Positions 38,191 to 47,176 of a stretch of 64,000 nucleotides of DNA are shown in pieces. Position numbers and translations under genes: made by a program. The notes beneath the pieces were generated by a model. It saw nothing but the letters and a program-made list of their open reading frames with translations. It ran no database searches and had not been told where the DNA came from. Position 1 is the first letter of the stretch. Each line of letters opens with the position of its first letter. This DNA comes from Thermoanaerobaculia bacterium (lineage in GTDB: Bacteria > Acidobacteriota > Thermoanaerobaculia > Gp7-AA8), in assembly GCA_036001325.1 (NCBI GenBank), contig DASYUK010000480.1, forward strand, positions 1,033 to 65,032, given 5' to 3'.

Positions 38191-39146
38191 GAGAGTCGAT
38201 GCCGCTGCTGCTGACCGAGTCACTCGATCACAGCCGCCGCGAGCTGACGCATCAACACATCGAATCGTGCGCGGCCTGCACCGCCGAGTGGAACGCCTAC
38301 AAGGAGAGCTGGAGTCTCCTCGGCGAGCTTCCGGAGGTGGAGGTGCCGTCACGCGTGCGCGAGCGATTCCTGGCGGCGCTCGCGACGCCAACGAACGTCA
38401 TTCCGATGCGCCGGCGTTCGTCGTGGAAATGGCTCGCTCAAGCGGCGGCCGTGGTCATCCTCGTCGCTGGCGCTTATTACGAAGGACATCGCACCGCGCC
38501 CATTCGCCTTGCCGAGACACCAGCGGCCGTGCAGCCATTCTCGATCGCCGAGACGCGCTCGCTGGCCGCCAGCGCGATCAGCCCGAACATCGAAGGCCGC
38601 CCCAATATCCAGAATGTCCAGTTCACCGATGCCGACGCGAGCGATAACAAGATCGGACTCTCGTTCGACGTGACCTCGCGATTCACCGTCACCGGCAGTC
38701 CGACCGACAAGAGCATGGTCCGTCTGCTCTCGTACGTGCTCGAGAACGACAACAGCAGCATGTCGCCATCGCGTTCGCGAACGATCGAGTGGGTGAAGCA
38801 GACGTATTCCGATCCGCAGAACGCGGAGCCGGAGATCGCCAGCGCGCTGGCGAAGGTCCTGCGCAGCGACTCGCATGAAGGCGTGCGCCTCAGTGCGGTC
38901 GAGACTCTGAAGACGCTTCCCGGCGGGAGCGCGCAGACGCGGCTCGCGCTCATCGATGCGCTCAAGAGCGATCCGAATCCCGCCGTGCGCATCAAAGCAG
39001 TCGAGGCGTTGGCGAACATGGCCCGCAGCAGCGGGCAGATGGATCCGGCCATGCTCGACACTCTGCGCGCGAAGGCGGCCCAGGAAGACGAGAACATGTA
39101 TGTCCGCGTCAAAGCGGCCGAGGCATTGAGCATCCGTCAGCAATGA
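38187..39146 (+). CDS. anti-sigma factor (N-terminal zf-HC2-like HxxxCxxC) with C-terminal HEAT repeats
   Basis: HQHIESCAACTAEW motif; one TM; C-terminal AVRIKAVEALANM HEAT-like repeats; ATGA overlap with sigma gene. Confidence 0.7.
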   Translation: MRESMPLLLTESLDHSRRELTHQHIESCAACTAEWNAYKESWSLLGELPEVEVPSRVRERFLAALATPTNVIPMRRRSSWKWLAQAAAVVILVAGAYYEGHRTAPIRLAETPAAVQPFSIAETRSLAASAISPNIEGRPNIQNVQFTDADASDNKIGLSFDVTSRFTVTGSPTDKSMVRLLSYVLENDNSSMSPSRSRTIEWVKQTYSDPQNAEPEIASALAKVLRSDSHEGVRLSAVETLKTLPGGSAQTRLALIDALKSDPNPAVRIKAVEALANMARSSGQMDPAMLDTLRAKAAQEDENMYVRVKAAEALSIRQQ

Positions 39147-40672
39147 TTCTTCGCACCCATATCGCTGCGGCAACGCTGCTCTTGACCTGCGCCCTTCCGG
39201 CGTGGGCGCAATTCGGGTCTAACGAGAGCGTCACGCGCGAGCTGCCGATCCGGATTGGCGGCACCTTCGTGCTCGAGAACACCTCCGGCGATATCGACCT
39301 CGTTGGCACGGACGACACCAAGGTCGTGGTCACGGCGGAGAAGAGCGTGCGCGCTCTCGACAAGGCCTCGCTCGAAGATGGTCGTGATCAAACTCAGTTG
39401 GCCTTCCTCGGCGACGCACGCATCCTCTTCATCAAGACCATCGTTCCTCCGATCCACAGCGGCCGTTGGACCAGCGGAATCAAATACGTTGTCCGCGTGC
39501 CGCGCACGGTCAACATCAAGATCGTGTCGACGAACAATGCCAATCGCATTCACGTCGCCGACATGCGCGGCAACGTCGTCGTGAACAGCTTCAACGGCGT
39601 CATCGTGTTCGATGGTGTGACCGGACCGACAGTCGTCATGAGCGCCAACGGCAACATCTTCTTCAATGCGCCGCAGGCTTTGGCCGACGCAATCCTGTCC
39701 ACCGCCAATGGGAGCATCGAAGTGCGCGCACCGGCTGGTTCGAAATTCCAGTGGGTCGCCGAAACGATCAAGGGCGACGCGCGCACGAACTTCACCGTCA
39801 ACGGTACATACATCGGTCCGCGCTTCCGCGGCAGCGTGAATGGACTGGGAGGACCGACGATCACGACGAAGACGCTCAACGGAAACATCCTCGTGCTGCA
39901 GAGTGGTACTCACGTCGCGTCGGCGCGTTCGTTGCGGACGATTGTGCCGCCGACCGATGAGATGCGGGCCACCGAGGTGCAAAGGATTGAGAAATCGAGC
40001 GTCCGCAGCAACTTTCGATACGTGACGACGCTCGGCGACGTCCTGATCGGCGAGATCCACGGTAACGCCGATATCACGACGGGGGCGGGCGAGGTGCAGC
40101 TCGGCATCGTGTTTGGCGACTGCCAGGTCGTGTCGAAAGGCGGACCGGTGACCCTCGGAGACATCGTGCGCAATCTCACCGCCCACACGGAGGCCGGCGA
40201 CGTCGTCGTGCAATCCGCGCGTGAAGGCGGGACGATCACGACCGGTGGCGGCATCATTCGCCTTCTTTTCACCGGTGGCCCGACGCGCCTGCAGTCGGGA
40301 GGCGGCGATATCGTCGTGCGTCAGGCCGCGGCGCCCATCTATGCCGAGACGCAGTCGGGCGACATCACGATCACGATCGACCCCGCTTCGAAGAGCGAGA
40401 AGGTGACGGCGAAGACGGCGAAGGGAAGCGTTCTTCTCAACGTCACGCCCTCGTTCGCGGCAGAGATCGACGCGACAGTGATCACGTCCGATCCCGACAA
40501 GAACAAGATCCTCTCCGACCTCACGGGATTGTCGTTTCGCCGCGAGCAGATCGGCGGCAAGACGAAGATCCGCGCCACGGGGAGGGTGAACGGCGGCGGA
40601 GAACGCGTCGAGCTGTACGCCGAGGACGGCGGAATTCAGATCAGCACGCGCGGACTGCCGGCGACGCGGTAA
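39143..40672 (+). CDS. DUF4097-type beta-helix 'putative adhesin' (LiaG/YvlB-like)
   Basis: Signal peptide; repeated GDI..(V/I) beta-solenoid rungs (SGDIDLVGTD, GNVVVNSFNGVIVFDG, GDITITIDPAS...). Confidence 0.75.
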   Translation: MILRTHIAAATLLLTCALPAWAQFGSNESVTRELPIRIGGTFVLENTSGDIDLVGTDDTKVVVTAEKSVRALDKASLEDGRDQTQLAFLGDARILFIKTIVPPIHSGRWTSGIKYVVRVPRTVNIKIVSTNNANRIHVADMRGNVVVNSFNGVIVFDGVTGPTVVMSANGNIFFNAPQALADAILSTANGSIEVRAPAGSKFQWVAETIKGDARTNFTVNGTYIGPRFRGSVNGLGGPTITTKTLNGNILVLQSGTHVASARSLRTIVPPTDEMRATEVQRIEKSSVRSNFRYVTTLGDVLIGEIHGNADITTGAGEVQLGIVFGDCQVVSKGGPVTLGDIVRNLTAHTEAGDVVVQSAREGGTITTGGGIIRLLFTGGPTRLQSGGGDIVVRQAAAPIYAETQSGDITITIDPASKSEKVTAKTAKGSVLLNVTPSFAAEIDATVITSDPDKNKILSDLTGLSFRREQIGGKTKIRATGRVNGGGERVELYAEDGGIQISTRGLPATR

Positions 40673-40718
40673 CGCACCTCTGTTACCATCCGCCTCCACA
40701 TCACGAAGGAGGCACGAG

Positions 40719-41408
40719 TTGAGACTCTACTGCTATGCCGTATTGATGCTCGCGATGGTTGCCTGCGCGCAGCAAAAGCAGACCACCGAGACGACGGCGA
40801 CAACCGCGACAACCGAGACCACCACGACTGCGCCAACGGCCACGACTGCGTCGGCGCCGCCGGCCAGTGAGGAGAAACCGATGAGCGATTACGAGGGCAA
40901 GGTCGCCGAATTGCACACGACCGCGGGCGACATCACGATCCGCTTTTTTCCCGACGTCGCTCCGAATCATGTGAAGAATTTCATCGATCTCGCCCAGAAG
41001 GGTTTCTACAACGGGACGAAGTTCCATCGCGTGATCCCCGGATTCATGATCCAGGGCGGCGACCCGAATACGATCTCGGGCGATCCGATGACGTGGGGGA
41101 CGGGCGGTTCGGGGACGAACGTCAAAGCCGAGTTCAACTCGGTCTCGCACAAGCGCGGCATCGTGTCGATGGCTCGGTCGAACGATCCGAACAGCGCGTC
41201 CTCGCAGTTTTTCATCGTCGTGAAAGACTCGCCGTTCCTCGATCGTCAGTACACGGCGTTCGGACAAGTGACAAAGGGGATGGATGTCGCGGACAAGATC
41301 GTCAACGCAGCGCGCGATCCGAACGACCGGCCGAACAATCCGACCTCGATCAAGTCGATCACGATCCGAGCGGCGAACGCCGACGAAAAGGGGCCCACGC
41401 CGAAATGA
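40719..41408 (+). CDS. ppiB: cyclophilin-type peptidyl-prolyl isomerase, lipoprotein with Thr-rich linker
   Basis: HRVIPGFMIQGGDP...SMARS...QFFI motifs. Confidence 0.9.
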   Translation: MRLYCYAVLMLAMVACAQQKQTTETTATTATTETTTTAPTATTASAPPASEEKPMSDYEGKVAELHTTAGDITIRFFPDVAPNHVKNFIDLAQKGFYNGTKFHRVIPGFMIQGGDPNTISGDPMTWGTGGSGTNVKAEFNSVSHKRGIVSMARSNDPNSASSQFFIVVKDSPFLDRQYTAFGQVTKGMDVADKIVNAARDPNDRPNNPTSIKSITIRAANADEKGPTPK

Positions 41409-42391
41409 CGTCGTCACCACTCCCGGCCGAAGCGGAAGCCTTCGTGAGGGAGTGGCTGGGCGAGCGTTGGATGGCGCAGGCGCTTCCGGGCGATGCTTCG
41501 GTACGCGCGTACTTCCGCCTCGTCGCGCCGGACGGCAAGACTTACATGCTGGCGTACTACCCGCCCGAGGTGAGGGCGCAACTACGGCGCTTCATGGCCG
41601 CATACGAGGCCGTTTCACCGCACGGAAGCGTTCCCGAGGTGCTGCGCGCGTCGGATATCGCCGTCATGCAGCGCGACGTCGGCGATCGGACGCTGTTTGA
41701 TCTCGTTCACGATGACCGAGAGGAGGGCGTGCGTCTCTATCGCGCGGCCATCGACCTGCTCGTCGACTTTCAGCGCTCACCGGCTACGGAGATCAATCCT
41801 CCGTTCACGGCCGGCTTCTTTCTCGCCGAGATGGAGATGACTCGCGAGTATTACGTTGAAAAACTGATGGCTGTCGACGACTCCGCGCGATTGGAGCCGT
41901 TCTTTCGAAAGTTATCTGAGAATCTGACACAGCATCCATACATTCTATGTCATCGTGACTTTCATGGCCAGAATATACACGTTAAAAACGATGCTCTTTA
42001 TCTGATCGATTATCAGGACCTGCGTCTGGGCCCTGACACTTACGACCTCGCTTCACTGCTGCGCGACCGTGGTGTGGCTCGACAGCTCGGTGAAGAGACG
42101 GAGATCGAGTTGGTCGATTACTACGCTCGCCGGGCCGATGCGCCGGAGGGTGTTCGCCGCCGCTACTTCGAGACCCTTCTGCAGCGATCGATCAAGATCC
42201 TGGGGACTTTCGCGAAGCAGCCGATCGTCCGCGGCCGATTGCATTACCTCGAATTCATCCCGCCGACGCTGGAGAGCATCTCCCGCTGTCTCGACGAGCT
42301 GCCGGAATTCGGGGCGCTCTCTGACCTCCTGCCGATGGCGTTCTCCATCGAACAGGCGCGCTCGCGAGCGCAATCGTCGAAGGAGACATGA
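41405..42391 (+). CDS. APH/phosphotransferase-family kinase (AmgK-like)
   Basis: ILCHRDFHGQNIHV and LIDYQD Brenner/catalytic motifs; ATGA overlap with ppiB. Confidence 0.7.
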   Translation: MTSSPLPAEAEAFVREWLGERWMAQALPGDASVRAYFRLVAPDGKTYMLAYYPPEVRAQLRRFMAAYEAVSPHGSVPEVLRASDIAVMQRDVGDRTLFDLVHDDREEGVRLYRAAIDLLVDFQRSPATEINPPFTAGFFLAEMEMTREYYVEKLMAVDDSARLEPFFRKLSENLTQHPYILCHRDFHGQNIHVKNDALYLIDYQDLRLGPDTYDLASLLRDRGVARQLGEETEIELVDYYARRADAPEGVRRRYFETLLQRSIKILGTFAKQPIVRGRLHYLEFIPPTLESISRCLDELPEFGALSDLLPMAFSIEQARSRAQSSKET

Positions 42392-42394
42392 GTC

Positions 42395-43423
42395 ATGGCC
42401 AAACACAAGATCACCCTTCTGCCCGGCGATGGCATCGGCCCCGAGGTGACCGCCTCGGTGGTCGCGATCATCGAATGCGCGGGCGTCGACGTGGAGTGGG
42501 AGAAGTATTTCGTCGGCGCCGAGGCGATCTCGCGGTTCGGCGATCCGCTGCCGCAGGAGGTGCTCGACTCCATCCTTCGGAACAAGGTCGCGCTCAAAGG
42601 GCCGGTGACGACTCCCGTGGGTACAGGATTCACCTCGATCAATGTCCGTCTGCGCAAGACGCTCGATCTGTACGCGAACCTGCGGCCGGTGAAGTCGCTG
42701 CCGAACATCAAAACGCGCTACGAGGACATCGACCTGATCGTGGTGCGGGAGAACACCGAGAGCCTCTACGCCGGGCTCGAGCACGAAGTCGTTCCGGGAG
42801 TGGTCGAATCGTTGAAGATCATCACCGAGCGTGCCTCCACGCGCATTGCGAAATTCGCTTTCGAATATGCGCGCCTGAACGGGCGCAAGCGCGTCACGGC
42901 TGTGCACAAAGCGAACATCATGAAGCTCTCGGACGGCCTCTTCCTGAAGTGCTTTCGCGAGGTGGCGAAGCAATATCCGAACATCGTCGCCGACGACAGG
43001 ATCGTCGACAACCTCTGTATGCAGCTCGTCATGAATCCGAATCAGTTCGACGTGCTGCTGCTCGAAAATCTATACGGCGACATCGTCTCCGATCTCACCG
43101 CCGGTCTCGTCGGCGGCCTCGGCGTGGTGGGCGGAGCGAACATCGGCGAAAACGGCGCGGTGTTCGAGGCCGTCCACGGCAGCGCGCCCGACATCGCCGG
43201 CCAGAACAAGGCCAATCCACTGGCGCTGCTGCAGTCAGCGGTGATGATGCTGGTGCACATCGGCGAGGACGGCGCCGCGAAGCGTATCCACGACGCGATC
43301 CTCAAAGTCCTCGCCGCGGGACCGGAGCAGCGGACGCGTGACATCGGAGGTACCGGCACGACGGCCGATTTCACCGGCGCGATCTGCGCCGCGCTGCGGA
43401 AAGGGACGAGAGCGGGGGATTGA
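42395..43423 (+). CDS. NAD-dependent isocitrate/isopropylmalate dehydrogenase family enzyme (IDH3-like)
   Basis: 342 aa; NLYGDIVSDL and GSAPDIAG motifs. Confidence 0.85.
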   Translation: MAKHKITLLPGDGIGPEVTASVVAIIECAGVDVEWEKYFVGAEAISRFGDPLPQEVLDSILRNKVALKGPVTTPVGTGFTSINVRLRKTLDLYANLRPVKSLPNIKTRYEDIDLIVVRENTESLYAGLEHEVVPGVVESLKIITERASTRIAKFAFEYARLNGRKRVTAVHKANIMKLSDGLFLKCFREVAKQYPNIVADDRIVDNLCMQLVMNPNQFDVLLLENLYGDIVSDLTAGLVGGLGVVGGANIGENGAVFEAVHGSAPDIAGQNKANPLALLQSAVMMLVHIGEDGAAKRIHDAILKVLAAGPEQRTRDIGGTGTTADFTGAICAALRKGTRAGD

Positions 43424-43497
43424 GGTTGCGCGGTTCCGCGGTTGCGTGGTTACGCAGTCCTACCGCGCAACCCCGCAACTGCGCAACCCCGCAACCA
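43424..43497. repeat. imperfect palindrome of (GGTTGCGC)-like units facing (GCGCAACC/CCGCAACT) units, 3' arm abuts the ATG of DUF309 gene
   Basis: ggttgcgcggttccgcggttgcgtggttacgcag...ccgcgcaaccccgcaactgcgcaaccccgcaaccaATG. Confidence 0.7.
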
Positions 43498-43914
43498 ATG
43501 TCCAAGCCTGATTTCACACCGGTCTTCCTTCGCGGCGTCCAACATTTCAACCGTCTCGAATTCTGGGACGCCCATGAATCATGGGAAGAGCTCTGGCTCG
43601 TGGCGGAATCCGATCTCGAGCAGTTCCTGCAGGGTCTCATCCAGGTCGCCGCTGCGTACCATCATCTGAAGCGCGGCACATTTCGCGGTGGCATCCGTCT
43701 GTTTGATGCAGGGCTGCGAAGGCTGTCGCACTTTCCCGATCCGTTCTGCGGCATCGATCGCTCGTCGGTCGAGCGCGCAGCGCGAGCTCATCGCGCGTGG
43801 GCCGCGGATCTCGTCGCGCGGGACGCCGATGCACGACTGCGCGACGACGAATACCCGAAGCTAAAACTTGTCAAGTCGAACGATGCTCCGATGCCGCCTT
43901 CATCGGCGTGGTGA
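43498..43914 (+). CDS. DUF309 family protein
   Basis: FNRLEFWDAHESWEELW...LQGLIQVAAAYHHLKRG signature. Confidence 0.7.
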   Translation: MSKPDFTPVFLRGVQHFNRLEFWDAHESWEELWLVAESDLEQFLQGLIQVAAAYHHLKRGTFRGGIRLFDAGLRRLSHFPDPFCGIDRSSVERAARAHRAWAADLVARDADARLRDDEYPKLKLVKSNDAPMPPSSAW

Positions 43915-43999
43915 ATTTGACTCCGCGCGATAAAGATCACGATACAATCTCCGTCGCACTTCACCCGACAAAAAAATACCTCACGGCGGCGAGGAGCAT

Positions 44000-45025
44000 A
44001 TGCAGGACAGCGATGCGCGGGATCGGGAGCTACTGGGTGCTCTGCAGGGAGATGTTCCGCTCGTTTCTACGCCCTTTGCGGTCATCGGTCAGATGATCGA
44101 CATGTCCGAAAAAGAAGTGATCAAGCGCGCCGAGAAGCTGAGGCGCGAGGGCATCGTCCGGCACATCAGCGCGCACTTCGACTTGCGCGCTCTCGGCTAC
44201 CGCTCCTGCCTCGTGGCCGCGCGCGTCAAGCCGGAACGGATCGACGAGGCCGCCGCCGTCGTCAATGCCCATCCCGGCGTAACTCAGAACTACAAGCGGA
44301 ACAACGACTTCAACCTCTGGTTCACGATCGCCGTCGCTCCGACATCGAAACTTGGGCTGGAGCGCACCATCGAGGTGCTCGGCGAAGAGGCCGAGTGCGA
44401 GGTCATTCGTGCGCTGCCGACATTGAAGCTGTACAAGAGCAGCGGATCGGATGGGGCCGAGGTGCACGGGAACGAGAGCGAGCCGCAGTCCGACGTTGCG
44501 CCGCTCACGACGACGGAGATTGAATCGATCCGGCTGCTGCAGCGCGATCTGCCGTTGCAGCCGCGCCCGTTCGATGCGCTGGCGCGCGGCGGCCCAATCC
44601 CGGTCGACGAATTGCTCAGCGCCGCGCGATCGCTGCAGAAACGCGGACAGATACGCCGCTTCGGCGCGGCCATTCAGCCGCGCAAAACCGGTTTCCTGGC
44701 CACGGCCATGGGTGTGTGGATGGTGCCATCCGATCGGGCCGACGAATACGGCGCACAGCTCGCGCAGCATCGCGCCGTCTCGCATTGCTATCTGCGCCCG
44801 ACCTACAGCGATTGGCCATACAACATCTACACAACGGTGCACGGCCGATCCGTCGATGAGTGCGAGTCGATCATCAACGATCTGGCGATCGACACCGGCC
44901 TCACTGAAAAGCAGGCGCTGTATCCGACGAAGGAGTACAAGAAGGTGCGGATCAGCTTCTTCTCGCCGGACGCCGATGAGTGGGAGTCGGTGCGGGCGTC
45001 GCGTCAGACTGCTGCGGCGTCGTGA
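44000..45025 (+). CDS. fused two-module Lrp/AsnC-like protein of the NirDL/AhbAB siroheme-decarboxylase family
   Basis: Two tandem HTH+RAM modules; VTQNYKRNNDFNLWF and VSHCYLRPTYSDWPYNIY resemble the HNYER...NLWF motifs of NirD/NirL/AhbA/AhbB. Confidence 0.55.
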   Translation: MQDSDARDRELLGALQGDVPLVSTPFAVIGQMIDMSEKEVIKRAEKLRREGIVRHISAHFDLRALGYRSCLVAARVKPERIDEAAAVVNAHPGVTQNYKRNNDFNLWFTIAVAPTSKLGLERTIEVLGEEAECEVIRALPTLKLYKSSGSDGAEVHGNESEPQSDVAPLTTTEIESIRLLQRDLPLQPRPFDALARGGPIPVDELLSAARSLQKRGQIRRFGAAIQPRKTGFLATAMGVWMVPSDRADEYGAQLAQHRAVSHCYLRPTYSDWPYNIYTTVHGRSVDECESIINDLAIDTGLTEKQALYPTKEYKKVRISFFSPDADEWESVRASRQTAAAS

Positions 45026-45684
45026 CCTTTCCAACCATCGCCTATACGCGCGAACGGCTCTCACCCGAGAAGTCGATCGCCGCAGCGCGAGAATTTCTCC
45101 GGACGATCCGACAGCGTCGCACGGTGCGCAGCTTTTCCCCCGACCCGGTGCCGGACGAAGTTCTGATCCTCGCGATTCAAGCGGCGGCCTCCGCACCATC
45201 CGGCGCGAATATGCAGCCGTGGAAGTTCGTCATCGTCAAAGATCCCGAGCTCAAACGCCGTATCCGGGTTGCCGCCGAAAAGGAAGAGAAGGCGAACTAT
45301 GAAGGCCGAATGCCGGAAGCGTGGCTGCGCGCTCTGGCGCCGCTGCAGACCGACTGGCACAAGGAGTTCCTGGACATGGCGCCGGCGCTCATCGTTGTTT
45401 TCAAAGAGGATTACGGAGCGGGACCTGATGGCCGTCACATCACGCACTACTACGTGAACGAGTCAGTGGGTATCGCCTGCGGTTTTCTTCTCTGCGCGCT
45501 GAATGCAGCAGGCCTGGTGACGCTGACGCACACACCAAGTCCGATGAACTTCCTGCGCGATATCCTCGATCGTCCGAAAAACGAGAAGGCGTTTCTTCTC
45601 ATCCCAGTGGGGTACCCTGCGAAAAGGTGCCGCGTGCCCGACATTCGCAAGAAGACGCTCGATGAGGTCCTGATCGTCCGCTGA
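45020..45684 (+). CDS. nitroreductase-family flavoprotein (GTG start overlapping upstream stop)
   Basis: RRTVRSFSPDPVP...PSGANMQPWKFVIV FMN-binding signature. Confidence 0.8.
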
Positions 45685-45897
45685 AGCAGAAGATTTTTAC
45701 GCTGCCGTTCCGCGTGCCATTGGCGTAAGCGCATCGGACTGCGTCAGTTGCGCTGATTGGACGCTTCGGAATCGTCGTTGAAGAGAACGGTGGCCATGCA
45801 TGACGACGACTTCATTCTCGATGTGGACGATTCTCGAATGACCGCACCCCGCGAGCTTACGGGGTGGGAGGTGGTGGTCTTCGAAATTGCTGACGAA

Positions 45898-45925
45898 GAA
45901 ACCGAGGACCGAGGACCGAGGACCG
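45898..45925. repeat. tandem heptamer (CCGAGGA)x4; second copy of the 10992-11015 motif
   Basis: aaaccgaggaccgaggaccgaggaccgacgac. Confidence 0.8.
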
Positions 45926-45929
45926 ACGA

Positions 45930-46145
45930 CTAAGGTTTCTTCTCGCTCTCCTGCACTGCGGCGATCGCGCCCTGGAAGCCGATCTTCGAGTGGGTGCCGT
46001 CGCAGAACGGCTTCGTCGTCGATCCACCGCAGCGGCAGAGTTTCGGTTTCTGCACCGGCACTTCCTGCCCCTGCGCGTCGATCAGTTTGAACTCGCCTTG
46101 AACGATGTAGGGACCATTCTCGGCGATCTTGATGGTGATGCTCAT
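45930..46145 (-). CDS. CDGSH-type iron-sulfur domain protein
   Basis: CRCGGSTTKPFCDGTH motif. Confidence 0.8.
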   Translation of the reverse strand: MSITIKIAENGPYIVQGEFKLIDAQGQEVPVQKPKLCRCGGSTTKPFCDGTHSKIGFQGAIAAVQESEKKP

Positions 46146-46157
46146 TCGCGGCGCTCC

Positions 46158-46520
46158 TCAGAAGATCGGATTCTCGGCGTGATGGTGGAAGCTCCAGTTG
46201 TACCTGTAACCGGGGAAGTCGATCGGAACCGTGTACTCGACATCTACGGATATCGTGTTGGCGCCGCGCTTGATGTTGACGTTCTCTTTCGCTACCGGAA
46301 GTTGTTCCTCTTCGGCCTTTTTCAAGATCGCGTACATGATGTTGTCATCGCCGCGCATGCCGGCCGCTTTGGCCTGATCGACGATTTCCTGTCTCAGCTC
46401 TGCCGCGCGCACTTTGACCGGAACGAGCTTGTAAGCGATGAAGATGCCGATGAGCATGAAAACGACGCCGACCAGACACCCGAATTGTCCTTCACCCCGC
46501 TGACGTCGCGAACGCCTCAT
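46158..46520 (-). CDS. hypothetical N-terminally anchored membrane protein
   Basis: MRRSRRQRGEGQFGCLVGVVFMLIGIFIAY TM anchor; no family recognised. Confidence 0.45.
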   Translation of the reverse strand: MRRSRRQRGEGQFGCLVGVVFMLIGIFIAYKLVPVKVRAAELRQEIVDQAKAAGMRGDDNIMYAILKKAEEEQLPVAKENVNIKRGANTISVDVEYTVPIDFPGYRYNWSFHHHAENPIF

Positions 46521-46548
46521 AACGCCTCCGCGCATTGAGAGTAGCAGG

Positions 46549-47133
46549 TCACTCGACGCATTTGAAGATACGGCTGAGTCGAACGGTGCTGGTGCGCCGA
46601 TTTTGGCGTGACATCGTCGACGCCTCCGCGGGATGGTCGCCACCCGCCGATGACCAGAGAACTACGCGCACTCGGCCGATCACCAGGTCTCGAGACAGCG
46701 TTCCCCAGCGTCGGCTGTCGAGGGAATCCTCGCGGTTGTCGCCCATCACGAAGAACGAGTCGGGCGGCACCACTTGCGCGGAGATCGCACCGCTCGCGGC
46801 CTGTTTGAGGAGGTATGGCTCGGGGATCGTATGCTCGCCGATGCGCACGCGGCCGGCGCGGCAGTCGATCAGATCGCCGGGCAGCCCGATCACCCGTTTC
46901 ACCATGAGCTGCGATCCATCCGACGGCGCGCGGAACACGACGACATCGCCACGCGCCGGCGATGACCAGCGATACGGCGTGACGAGGATGTGATCGCCGA
47001 TCTCGAGCGAGGGAAGCATCGATGCCGACGGAATCGAATAGATGCTCACCGCGGCGCGAACGCCGGCGGCGAGCAGCACCGCGATCAGCAGCGGCTCAGA
47101 GACGAGGCGAACGACAGACTTCTGCCTTGGCAT
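46549..47133 (-). CDS. lepB: signal peptidase I
   Basis: SASMLPSL (catalytic Ser), VKRVIGLPGD, GDNREDSLDSR motifs. Confidence 0.9.
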   Translation of the reverse strand: MPRQKSVVRLVSEPLLIAVLLAAGVRAAVSIYSIPSASMLPSLEIGDHILVTPYRWSSPARGDVVVFRAPSDGSQLMVKRVIGLPGDLIDCRAGRVRIGEHTIPEPYLLKQAASGAISAQVVPPDSFFVMGDNREDSLDSRRWGTLSRDLVIGRVRVVLWSSAGGDHPAEASTMSRQNRRTSTVRLSRIFKCVE

Positions 47134-47176
47134 GCAGCTTCATTTAAAACGAGCGAGGGGGCGCGAAAGTTCCGGC

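Noticed and set aside
45796-45933. 45-codon acidic ORF (MHDDDFILDVDDSRMTAPRELTGWEVVVFEIADEETEDRGPRTDD) ending in the CCGAGGA repeat
   Set aside because: Below reliable size, its tail is encoded by a tandem repeat that also occurs non-coding at 10992, no SD; kept only as a possibility.
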